64,000 nt of DNA from Perna viridis (GCA_037379345.1 CM074515.1:10292001-10356000); one strand, 5' to 3'; positions 54,501 to 64,000 are shown, counted from the first letter of the stretch. Numbers and translations: made by a program. The notes: a model not told the origin generated them from the sequence alone.

Positions 54501-57500
54501 GTAATACCTGCTTAATTTGAGTTTGTACAGTTTTCTTTAGAAGAATTGTTGAAACAATTATGTTAAGCTTAATATTATCATCATTTCACACCAGATGTCT
54601 GACTTAGAATTACTAACATAAAAATATCTGACTTACCATCACTATGACATTTCATGATAAGTATATTGGCCATTGCTTCATATCTTACATCAGTACCATT
54701 TTTGTCTATACTATTGAGGAAATCTTTTAAAACATTCTCACACCTTAAAAAAAACAGGGTAAGGGAAAATCTTTATTTACCTAATGTACATATATATGTG
54801 TAACATGGAGTTAGAAATAAGCACTGTTTCTCTGCACGCTGTGTGGTTTAATAGGCAGAAAGTAAACTATTTTTAAACAATATCCTCTATAAAGAGTGTA
54901 GTACACTGCAGCAATACTATAGGTACAAACAAGGGAAAAACTGTGTAAATAAATAATAATTGTTTTAAAAAATTGAACTTACATTTTTCTAATTTCTGGT
55001 TTTTTGTCACTGAGTATTGAAAACAGGCCATCTAGGATGTCGGGTAATAACACTAACATGTTGATGTCTGGAACAGCATCTAGAACAGCTATCTACAATA
55101 CAAGAAGAAATATATAGAGTTTTTATTAGGACTGAAAAGATGTGCCTTTAGAAACTGATTATATATTTCAAAGTAATCATTATCTAAGCTAGTGCCCCTT
55201 TGGCAACTTAGAGAGCCAAAAAAAATCCTTTCATACTCAACTGAGAAAAGTCATACAAATCCAGAAAGGTTGAGGTATGTTTACAGGTAAAGTAGACCCA
55301 CTTATTTTCCTGAAAATTGATGTTTGAATCACACCAAACTTTTAGCTGCGGAACAGAAGTATTAAACCTAAAATTTAATTGCTTTTATTTATGATTTATT
55401 TACACTGCGCATTTATGTCATAATCATTGGTCAAAATAGCAGATTTTTTGGAATTTAACAAAGCCAGGAAATATATTACCCATTCCACATGAAATACAAG
55501 TGTCAGCGCCATTTCAGACCCATGTAATATTTTGATAGTCAGTAATTCTGACGCATTTCGGTCTATTTTATCAGAATTCATGTAGTCTTGATCCTAAATG
55601 TATCATGCAGTGCAAGCTAGCATTAATTTTCTTGAAGCAATTGCCATTTCTTTAAATTTAGATGAATTGAGATATTTCATGCCATGATCCAGCTAAATAC
55701 CAACATCAATTAACATGAAATATTCAAATTTTTATTCAAATCTGGCTATTCGTCACAAATAATTGCTAGCTTGCACTGCACTAGATATGTAGGCTAAAGC
55801 ATATTTGCTTATATGTAGAATACTGTATAAAAAAGCATTAAGCAACGATTTCAGAAACATAATAATTGGTTCTTATCATGTTGACTAAAATCATCTTGAC
55901 AGTTAATGTCCTAGATTACGACTTTAGCGGAACCTTAAGTCTTGAACAAAAATGCAGATTGGTAACATTCTATAACCATATTTAGAAATTCAGCCTAGAA
56001 AGGGCCAAAATAAATCCCTAAGTGTACCGTATCCTTTGTTTAAAAAACGTAACCAACTAGCCATTATTTTAATGGCAACATTATTCAAAACAAATATTTG
56101 ATGAGGCTGTAGAAAATTAGTTGAAAGCATCTATATTTCATAAAGTTTTCAAACATTTTTTAAACCAAAATATTTATTTCATCCATTTTCTTATTCAAAA
56201 TTTCTAAATGTTTAGGGTCATATCCCCAAAAATCAATCTCAACATTCATCTGAGACCAATTGTTAAAATATGCTTTGACCCTTATTTCTTTAAAATGTTT
56301 TTGGGTCACAGTCCACAACCTAAAAAAAATTAAAAACAATTTTATAATTTAATTTCTAATCAATTTATGTCAAAATTCTGATTTGTCCCTTCATCAAGGC
56401 CATATTTAGTTGGTAATTATTTGAACTGTCGACTGCAGATCGATCAATGTTAATATTTCACAGTACCACGTTGGTTTATGGCAAATAACCTATCTTGCCC
56501 AGACAAGAAATAAACAGTAAAATTAAATTATTCAACTTTCTCTTATTTCCAGCGACTTTAACCATATCTTGATCCTTTGTGTAAATACAGATAACCTTAG
56601 TAGACACATGAGTTTTCCATTCTCATCAGATAATCTTAGTAGACATATCTGGATATGAGAAATCTTATAATATATTTGTTATAATGTAAAAAGATATATG
56701 TATTGTATTTGAACATTTTTTGGCATCAATTATGGATAACAAGTCCTCAAAAACAAAACAGTTCTCACTATTCTAATGCAACTGTAAAATTCATTAGTGA
56801 AAACTGCAATTAAAATCTTAAATACAATGTCTACTCATACTGTAGGTAAAATAACTGAGGAGACAATCAAAGCATTGATAACTTGAAATTCAAAAAATTA
56901 TCTAATTAAATTTAATATTACACTTGTTGTTGCATTAGAATTACAATTATTTATCAATATATCCTACCCATGACACAATGAACTGTCTAGCATAGGGATC
57001 TCTAGTATAAATTCTCTCACGAAGCAATGGGATGAATGCCTTCAGATCAAAGGAAGCACTCTCAGTCACTATATCCTTGAAATAAAGTAAGAGAGAAAAT
57101 TCTAAACTGTTTATTAAAAAACAATTTGGCCATTTCCTTTATCTGAACTAAGAATGTAAGACAATCTGATAATTATGAGAAAAATAACACTAAAACCTGT
57201 GTAGTTGCTTATTTTTATTAATTGTTTATTTCAAACCCATTTTCCAAATTGAAAAAATTCCTCTAACCCAACAAGATTTTTTGCAAGTCTACCAGCAGTT
57301 ATGTTCACATCAACTCTTTGTTATACATGTACTAGAAAGTCAATCCAAAATGTATTTTTATACTAACCTTTTCAAATCAACCAAGAACTTACCTGGGCAT
57401 AAATCTATTCAAAACTTACTTTTATAAGTCGATCTAGGACTTCAGCCCCATTTTTCACATTTACTTCAGTATCAGATACTAACTGTGTAATATAAGAAGT

Positions 57501-60500
57501 TACCCATGATTAAATCTCTAAAGTATTATGATATCATTGAGTCAAATAGTAGTCAAAGAATTATTTATGTAATAAATTACTATGATTAATCAATACAAAT
57601 CTTTTAGTCATTTGTCCTACAATACATGCAGAGGACAAAGCTTTTAACCTTCTCTCCTTCGGAAGGAAATCCCCTCACTTATCTCCCTCTAAAATTTTGC
57701 TTCTTAAGATTTATAATTGGACACTGGATGCAGTTTCATATACATGTAAACACACCAATTAATTATAAAAAAATTAATACATGTAACAACATTAGAACAA
57801 ATATTAATAGTAAAACAATTATGCTATTTTAGCTTAATTTGTTAATGCTGTTAAGTAACTAGAGGCTCAAGAGAGCCTGAATCACTCACCTGGTTAACCA
57901 TTTGCTTATTTGAAAAACTTGAGGAATGAGAGAGGCTAAGTTAAAATCAACTAAATTGTCAAATGCAGGAAATGCTTTTAATAGCATTTTCATGACCTGA
58001 ACCAGAATTTTGCTAAAGGCAACAATTTTTGAATTATCTTCTAAAATCTGTCTTCCAATCCCTAAGTTCCATTTTTATTTGCAAACTTTGAGAAGAAGAT
58101 TTTCAAAATTGCACATGCAAAAAATGCCTAAAAAAACTGTTTCAGGGGCCATAACCCCTACATCAGTTGACGAATCATTTTGAAACTTTCAGCATAGGTC
58201 CAACTCATGATGCTGAACAATATTAGCCTGCAGAAATTTGCTAAAGGCAACAGCTTTTGAGTTGTTTGCAAAAAACTGCCTTCAGACCCCTGTGTTCTAT
58301 TTTAAGTAACGACAACAACAGATGCCAAGTGATGGCATAAACTGACTTGGCCTTTGGCCAGGTGGGCCAAAAAACAAAATGTCGTATCAAAGTTTCAAAG
58401 TTTGACCACACTATATTCCCCCTTTGAGGAGTTAGTAATTGAAAGATGTTCTTCTTGGAGCCTTAAAAATGTTAAAATTGATTGATATGGCAGAGGATCC
58501 TATTTACTGATTTTTTTCAGGTTTGTCATCTACCATACAATTTATCATACCATTACTTAGTTATAATGACCTCTAATTTACTTTACCTTACTGACTCCAT
58601 CAAAGATGTGATTGAAGTATGGAAGAACAAATCCCCTACAGACTTTACAGATGTTGTATAGTGATTCACATGCATAGTATCTGACTCGGCTGTCCTGGTC
58701 TGTGAAAGAGGGTATCACAGGCTTTATCAAGTCCTCAACATATACACTTGCTTCCTGAAAAGGACTTGTGACTACTAATGATGGATTTGATTTATATTCA
58801 CCATGGGACATACACATTTTTATTTGCAAATCTGGCTTCAATAAAGTGAATGAAATGAATTAATTTAAATAAAACAGGATAAAATCCTCAAGATGATAAT
58901 AAACACAAATTTAAGATATCATATTTGAAGCACTGAGAGTCTGATTTCTTTTTGACATGAAGTTACTTCCAGAACTTATGGATTTAGTGCAGGCAAAATG
59001 ACCAAATAGTTCTGAATGAGAAAAAAAAACAAACTGAATTTAGAGTAAGCTAGTTTAATTTTATATCTGAATATATGGAAAAAAACTAGCCCACAGACAA
59101 GTCATCTCATCTACTAGAACTTGGGTAATCACCAATAAGGCTAATGTAATCCTCTAACAGGTTTAACCTGCCTAATATTACTAACTTTTCCTAATGCAAT
59201 AGCAGATGCAGCTAGACCAATAAATCCACCATTTCTGGCATTAGGATTGTGAGAGAGAGCAAAGTCATCCCCAAGAATCTTTAATACTCTCTTGATTTGG
59301 GATTTTTTCCCACTGCTAACCAGTTCCTTAACAATTCTAAAAAAAATATAAAAATAAAAATTACATTCTAAGTATTGAAAAAACATTAACACTCTTTATT
59401 TTTTCAATTATAGGATAAATGTCAGATGAAAATGGAAATGGCAACAAGCAAATATGTCAGTATCATTTAGAAAAGAAAATAAGGATCATTGATCCTTGAG
59501 GTTTTAAAGTTTGGATTTTCAAAAATAATCTTAAAACAAACAAAGAGATTAATGTGAATTAATCCTATTTCATAAGCTTTGGGGTTTTGAACTTGCATAT
59601 CATCTGGAGTATTCTGTTTTCCATGTCTGGTCTTTGTCCCTGGATTACATTCTTTTGATTACTGCTATAACCTTGGTTCCCTTGATTACTCTTTCAGTTT
59701 TCACCTGTCTCATATTATTCATCCCCAAAACTTGGAAGTATAACAGTTCTCCATGGATGGAGAACATACTTCACATAACCTGTGATTGTTAATAATGTGT
59801 ATCAAACAGACAAATTTGCATCAATTTGAAAAATGATTGCCTTTTCTGTCTTAGAAATGATCATCTTTGATTGGAATAATACAATCAGAGGTATATTTAT
59901 TTCAAGTTGGGTTAGGCTCTTGTGAAACAGAAGAGAATAATGGGCAAGTACATTAAACATTCAGATCATATTTGCAGTTCAATGAATTGTTTGATAAAGT
60001 TAGAAGAAGAACAAAAGAAAGAGAATACATTCAAGATGAGTGAAGTGTGGCAGGGACAGCCTACTTGACTTGTGTTGTAGCAGGTAGATTTAATTATTTC
60101 AATAGCCAGTTAATTGACTTGACTAAATTGTTAATTCTTTATCTGAATGGGTTCTGTCACTGGCTTGTCACTGAGAGGCCTATGATTTGATCCTTGGTGT
60201 CAATAGTATCATTGTGTGAGGCAAATCATATGCTCTCAAGTTACAAAATGTTTTCAATGATAAAAATAAATACTAAGCTAATTTTTTTTCATTTATTGGT
60301 TCTTGTAAGTGCCAATTTCTTATTTTATGCCAGGGAAATTTCTAGTTTTCAGCTGATTACTTAACAGCATCCAGTTTGGCTGAGAACTATCACTTAAAAA
60401 TCAATACATAATACTAAAGAGTAATCAAGGGAACCAAGGTTATAGCAGTAATCAAAAGAATGTAATCCAGGGACAAAGACCAGACATGGAAAACAGACAT

Positions 60501-62916
60501 ACACAATAAAGAACATAAAGTAACTAAAATCATACAAAGTGACAAAAGTAAATGAGCAACTCGGACTCCACTAAAAACTGGGAGCATGGACCAGGTGCAC
60601 CGGTAGGGTAAGCGTCCTCTGCTTTTCTAGAAACACCCGCCGAGTTGCTCATAAAAAGTCAAATCCGGGGTAGACAAATGAGGGAAGGAAAACTATGACC
60701 CATTGAATAAATCAGTTTTCATGGTGCTGATGGATACACCATAACAATCCACGATTTCATGATAACGACCATAAAACTTCTGTAGTGATGACTTCAATCT
60801 TGTAGCAACATAACCCTGTTCCAGAAGCCTATTTGTTAGAGTTCTAGCGCGATACAAAAAGTCTGCGTAGTTTCGGCAAGCTCTGGCATAACATATATGA
60901 GTTGTGATATGAACTCCATACGCAGGAGCCGAAGGGATGTTGCCACAGATGAAAGGAAAGTTGACAATTCTGAATGAAAAGTCATCACGTTTGTCGTAAA
61001 GTTTGGTCAATAGTTTTCATTTACCATCGATTTCTCAGTGTAGGTCAAGATATGAGGCTGACTTCACAGTGTCTGTAGTATCCTTCATCTCAAGTTCTTT
61101 TGGGTAGATGCGATGTATCAAATCCCCGAAATTAGGATTGTTTAAAGATAATACGTCATTTATATAGCAGAAACTGAGATTGAAGGAACTAGCCAAACGA
61201 TATTCTTTCTTTCTGATCAGAAAGTCAGCCTCATAAGAGTGAAGGAATAGGTCAGCAAGTAAGGGAGCACAATTTGTTCCCATTGGAATGCTGACCGTTT
61301 GTTGAAAAACACGTCCACCACACTGGACAAATATGTTGTCAATTAAAAATTCCAGCATTTTGTAAACATCTTCCTCTGTATATTTGGAAGATGATTTGGA
61401 ATTATTTCTTACAAAGTATGAGGAATCTCTACCAAGAACTATATATTTGTATCTAGGTGTACCATCTTTTTTGGAAAAACAATGATGTATAATGTTTTTA
61501 AGTCGGCATTTTAACTGAGTATGGGGAATAGAAGTATACAGTGTTGAAAAATCATGGGTTTTAATGCTATTATATTCAGATAATAGTCTTGAACTGATTG
61601 TCTCCAAAATATCTTTCGAATTTTTCAGGATCCACATTGAATTAATACCACTACGGGAGTAACAAGTGTTGTGGTAGGACTATAGACCCTCTTTGACAGT
61701 TGTGAGTATAGAAGTTAAAAGTTTGAAAGAGGTTTGGTGGTACATTTTGCAGATCCAGCTATGAAACGTTGTTTGTATGGATTCTTGTGAAGTTTAGGAA
61801 TCCAGTACATAGACGGTAAATCACAATCATTGTCCTTGGTAGAGAGACCAAAAGAGGATAGCACAGATTTATGGTTTTCCACAATCTCTTCTTTGGAGAG
61901 AGTGGTAGCAGTATAGGTCTTATCACTGCTATTATTTTCTACGTTTACCTCTGATAATAAACATTGGATATAAAACGTTTTGCAGACAAAAACAATGTTG
62001 TTTTGGGCTTTGTCTGCTGGTACGAAAACATATTTGTCATGTATAGTAGACAATGTTTTTGCTACATCGGGGTATTTGAAAACTGATGTAGCCTTGGCAC
62101 TCATTGACCTACTTAAAACTTTCATTCGTTTCAAAATTAAAGACCTCACGGCCTTTAAGCACTCTGACAGACAATCAATGTCTTCTTATTCTCGTTTTAT
62201 CCATTTTCTTGCATAGTCCTCGACGGCATCCATAAGAACTTTAAAGTTATAATCTCAATTTATGGAGCGTGGTTCACGGTACTTGGGACCTTTAGAAAGG
62301 ATATTACGTAGAGATTCGTTTTCGATAATGGTTAAATCTTCTGTAACGATGTGACCAGAAAGACCATATTTGAATGGAGAGGTTTTGCAAGAACAGTCAG
62401 GTGGTTTAGCCTTGAAGTCCTCAATCTCGAGGTTCTGCAATAGCCTTTTATAATTGAAAATTTTGGATGCGATGGGTGAAGTATAGGAATATGAAATAAT
62501 TGGTATGGATTTGTCTTTGAAATATGGGGGAATTTTGTTGGTAACATTTTCGTGAATGAGTATGTTAGCCAAATTAATTGCATCTATACCTTTGTTGACA
62601 AACGGTAGTGGAAGAAATGATCGTTTTTCTTCATCTTGACTTTTCACACAAACTGATTTAAAGAGTCTGTGGAAACCAATATCCAAAATGATGGCAACAA
62701 GTCTGTGTAATGATGAGGTGGGATCAGAAACAGGAGTGTCAAGACTTGTTTTGTAAAGGGAGTGTAGTAGAGTGAGAGGTATAGAATAAAAACTAGTAGT
62801 ATAGAATAAAAATACCTTTCAACTTCAATTGCCCCCGTTTTACGTTTCTCATAGAGTCTGTCACTTAGATTTTTTATGCATATTGGCGTTAGTGGTGCAA
62901 AGTCCTTCTCGTTCAT
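33450..62916 (-). CDS. VAC14: VAC14 (ArPIKfyve), scaffold of the PIKfyve/FIG4 complex; 17 coding exons, 2319 nt, 772 aa
   Basis: The N-terminus [30 protein letters not shown] segments ([25 protein letters not shown]) and the C-terminal Fig4-binding region ([36 protein letters not shown]) are all present. Exon lengths sum to one open frame with consistent phases. Confidence 0.97.
33669..33767. repeat. 35-bp tandem repeat, about 3 copies
   Basis: ccattacctgatgaactatataaggtattgaatga at 33669, 33704 and 33739. Confidence 0.85.
34454..35164. mobile_element. TACTGT..ACAGTA MITE (Tc1/mariner-like) interrupted by a HINE-like repeat (about 34614-35000)
   Basis: Termini tactgtg and cacagta; the inner segment begins aactaga and has duplicated caaggtca core repeats. 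Confidence 0.5.
41242..41398 (-). CDS. VAC14: VAC14 exon 16
   Basis: [42 protein letters not shown]. Confidence 0.95.
41940..42019 (-). CDS. VAC14: VAC14 exon 15
   Basis: [26 protein letters not shown]. Confidence 0.95.
42020..43474 (-). other. U12-type GT-AG intron 14 of VAC14
   Basis: Donor GTATCTTT. Branch-like TTTCTTTGAC at 42040-42031, close to the CAG. Confidence 0.8.
42139..43004 (+). mobile_element. Helentron-associated non-autonomous element (HINE-like)
   Basis: Starts aactag...gaggctc..gag..cct.aatcgctca and ends with a GAC-rich microsatellite remnant, an agctcac...gtgagct hairpin and an A-run. Related to 57857-58373. Confidence 0.65.
43475..43593 (-). CDS. VAC14: VAC14 exon 14 (ends at a U12-like donor)
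   Basis: [39 protein letters not shown], followed by GTATCTTT. Confidence 0.94.
43719..44185. repeat. Long terminal direct repeat, left copy
   Basis: Matches 45059-45525 at offset 1340. Confidence 0.95.
45059..45525. repeat. Long terminal direct repeat, right copy
   Basis: Matches 43719-44185. Confidence 0.95.
46543..46717 (-). CDS. VAC14: VAC14 exon 13
   Basis: [19 protein letters not shown]...[28 protein letters not shown]. Confidence 0.95.
47253..47584 (-). CDS. VAC14: VAC14 exon 12
   Basis: [18 protein letters not shown]...[13 protein letters not shown]...YFII. Confidence 0.92.
48258..48323 (-). CDS. VAC14: VAC14 exon 11
   Basis: [22 protein letters not shown]. Confidence 0.93.
48490..48720. 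repeat. Degenerate palindromic (ATCATATGATT)-like array
   Basis: Repeated CATATG/CACATG cores at roughly 11-bp spacing. Confidence 0.75.
49125..49263 (-). CDS. VAC14: VAC14 exon 10
   Basis: [21 protein letters not shown]...[19 protein letters not shown]. Confidence 0.92.
49343..49551. repeat. 56-bp minisatellite, about 3.7 copies
   Basis: Units start at 49343, 49399, 49455 and 49511 (ctggacccaaagctgatattga...). Confidence 0.9.
52451..52627 (-). CDS. VAC14: VAC14 exon 9
   Basis: [21 protein letters not shown]...SIETA; U12 branch site upstream, GTCAGT donor. Confidence 0.88.
52628..53766 (-). other. U12-type (minor spliceosome) GT-AG intron 8 of VAC14
   Basis: Donor GTATCCTT. Branch site TCCTTAAC at 52644-52637, about 10 nt from the AG. 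No polypyrimidine tract. Confidence 0.92.
53054..53257 (+). mobile_element. 3'UTR fragment of the Penelope-like family inside the U12 intron
   Basis: Contains gtttctagaaaaagcag...gtgcacctggtccatgctcc...ttccatgtctggtctttgtccctggattacattc. Confidence 0.85.
53767..53899 (-). CDS. VAC14: VAC14 exon 8 (ends at a U12 donor)
   Basis: [37 protein letters not shown]..., followed by GTATCCTT. Confidence 0.92.
54204..54367 (+). repeat. 164-bp local duplicate of about 55379-55541
   Basis: Near-identical direct copy about 1.2 kb away, flanked by the 15-bp duplication gcaatc(c/t)cctcgaga. Confidence 0.9.
54637..54743 (-). CDS. VAC14: VAC14 exon 7
   Basis: [35 protein letters not shown]. Confidence 0.93.
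54983..55092 (-). CDS. VAC14: VAC14 exon 6
   Basis: [36 protein letters not shown]. Confidence 0.95.
55606..55780. repeat. 17-bp perfect inverted repeat (MITE-like)
   Basis: tgcagtgcaagctagca ... tgctagcttgcactgca. Confidence 0.7.
56968..57075 (-). CDS. VAC14: VAC14 exon 5
   Basis: [36 protein letters not shown]. Confidence 0.95.
57420..57482 (-). CDS. VAC14: VAC14 exon 4
   Basis: [21 protein letters not shown]; CAG/GTAAGT boundaries. Confidence 0.95.
57857..58373 (+). mobile_element. HINE-like element, same family as 42139-43004
   Basis: Starts aactagaggctcaagagagcctgaatcactcacctgg, shares an internal core repeat, and ends with a tggcctttggcca hairpin. Confidence 0.65.
58587..58754 (-). 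CDS. VAC14: VAC14 exon 3
   Basis: [13 protein letters not shown]...[18 protein letters not shown]...FDGVSK. Confidence 0.95.
59186..59336 (-). CDS. VAC14: VAC14 exon 2
   Basis: [11 protein letters not shown]...[19 protein letters not shown]; AG/GT boundaries. Confidence 0.95.
59614..59694 (+). repeat. 81-bp exact inverted copy of the 3' tail of the neighbouring Penelope-like element
   Basis: Reverse complement of 60416-60496 with no mismatch seen. Confidence 0.93.
60416..62788 (-). mobile_element. 5'-truncated, degenerate Penelope-like retroelement (Naiad-like), RT pseudogene plus 3'UTR, in VAC14 intron 1
   Basis: Fragmented ORFs carry PLE RT motifs: [62 protein letters not shown] (mutated YIDD), [15 protein letters not shown]. 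Several stops and frameshifts. The ORF ends at 60693 with no C-terminal GIY-YIG domain. Confidence 0.9.
62816..62916 (-). CDS. VAC14: VAC14 exon 1
   Basis: [39 protein letters not shown] donor. Confidence 0.95.
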
Positions 62917-63370
62917 TGTTTATAAACAGTTAAGTCACGATCATTCTAAAAATTGTGTACAACTAATTTCCTATTTTCGATTTTCATGGGTGTCGCCATT
63001 TTGAAAATCACGTGACAAAAATCTTGCCATCGAGAAAAAGTGAACTTTTAAATCTTTTATTACTATTTTTGGAATGCATAAATTGTTTTACTTCATTTAA
63101 AAATCTCAAATGTTCTCCTTTCACATTTCTACCGTTTCTGTATCTCATTTAAAATTATTTTCTTATATTTTTTATCTTTTCAATTACGTAAGCGACTGAT
63201 GCTGAAGATGCTTCTAAGGAGCTAAAACATAAAATATGATAAAGCAAACAAACGTGTATTGCATTAGTTAAATGTAATTAAAACATCTTAAAATGAAAGG
63301 GTAGTGATAAAGTATTTTAAGTAAATTGATTTCAGCAGTTGACATCCTTTTTGTATCACCAAATTATACC
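62917..63370. promoter_or_regulatory. Bidirectional promoter/5'UTR region shared by VAC14 and the MARVEL gene; YY1-type motif 62994-63003 and E-box TCACGTGAC 63008-63016
   Basis: Only 454 bp separate the divergent start codons. The minus strand reads GTCACGTGATTTTCAAAATGGCGAC. CpG is locally raised. Confidence 0.7.
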
Positions 63371-63595
63371 ATGGAACAAGGAGAGTTGGATGAAGTTGGA
63401 GAAAGTGATGCAAACCTTTACACATCAGAGTCAGAATCATCATCCATTCAAAACATGAATTATAATGGACCAAAAGCTCCAGGTTATAGAAAAACCAAGG
63501 ATGAGAAATCTAAAAGTGACAAAAGCATTATTGTACTCTACATAGACAAGACATATATAAAATCCTGTACTGGTCTTCTGAGGATTATTCAAGTG
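63371..63595 (+). CDS. First coding exon of a MARVEL-domain membrane protein (CMTM/plasmolipin-like); continues beyond window
   Basis: ACCATGG start context and 75 open codons ending YIDKTYIKSCTGLLRIIQV, the typical 'Y.KS..GLL.I.Q' entry into MARVEL TM1. GTATGT donor at 63596. Possible 5'UTR intron at 63188-63336. Confidence 0.72.
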
Positions 63596-64000
63596 GTATG
63601 TACATGTGTGTGACTGGAATTGAAGGGGTTAACTGTTAGCTTTTAGTTAATTAAATATGTTTTAATTGGCATTTTAGGAAATGCAAAGAATTTTCTGAGT
63701 ACCAATGTAGAAGCATTATACAGATATAGTTGAAACTTACAGAATATATAACTTTTATGAAAAATCAGTCACCATCTGAATTTCTTAACCATTCAGTAAT
63801 CAATCTGTAAATTTCTTAATCCATTGCATACAAATGTACTTGGTACAATTCCATGTAAGTTGACAACTATACCCTCAAGTTAATGTATGCTTTAAATGAT
63901 TCCAATTGTCATCAACAACAGGATGTTAGGAGTGCACTGTGCTCTTTCAATTTATTGTCAGAATAGAGCGAGAAAAATCCAAGGGAAAAATTAAATGAAT

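Noticed and set aside
199-57832. Most 60-110 aa ORFs in the supplied track (e.g. 699-947, 8027-8335, 29610-29900, 34682-35023, 44272-44484, 46084-46401)
   Set aside because: They have no recognisable domains and AT-biased composition, and many lie in repeats or antisense to real exons, consistent with chance ORFs.
61017-61037. Two in-frame TGA codons in the PLE RT as selenocysteine (reported for some Naiads)
   Set aside because: They fall at positions expected to be Leu and Gly (LDLH*EIDGK*K). The copy also has a TAG, frameshifts and a broken YIDD, so these are ordinary decay.
60410-62815. GTATT as the TSD of the Penelope-like element (insertion at intron position +5)
   Set aside because: Possible, but it does not explain the 81-bp inverted twin or the AGTATT/AAAACT junction matches, so the inversion model is preferred.

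Overview
AT-rich, intron-rich eukaryotic DNA. The repeat families and the TACATGTA bias suggest a bivalve mollusc (inference). Three genes were reconstructed by hand. (1) The 5' part of an MTSS1/MIM I-BAR gene: - strand, 6 coding exons, 25375 to 467, running off the window start. (2) A complete VAC14 gene: - strand, 17 coding exons, 62916 to 33450, 772 aa, with two U12-type minor introns. (3) The first coding exon of a MARVEL-domain (CMTM/plasmolipin-like) gene: + strand, from 63371, head-to-head with VAC14. The introns carry many mobile elements. The most striking is a young 1.8-kb non-coding composite DNA transposon in VAC14 intron 13 (KolobokP-like). It has two apparently identical 467-bp long terminal direct repeats, each bounded by its own inverted repeats, and a TACA target-site duplication. 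VAC14 intron 1 holds a degenerate Penelope-like (Naiad-type) retroelement whose tail appears to have been duplicated by a later micro-inversion. Other candidates are a locally templated insertion, a tRNA-Leu-derived Pol III cassette inserted in (TA)n, and a possible alternative VAC14 last exon. All coordinates were read by eye and may be off by a few bases.
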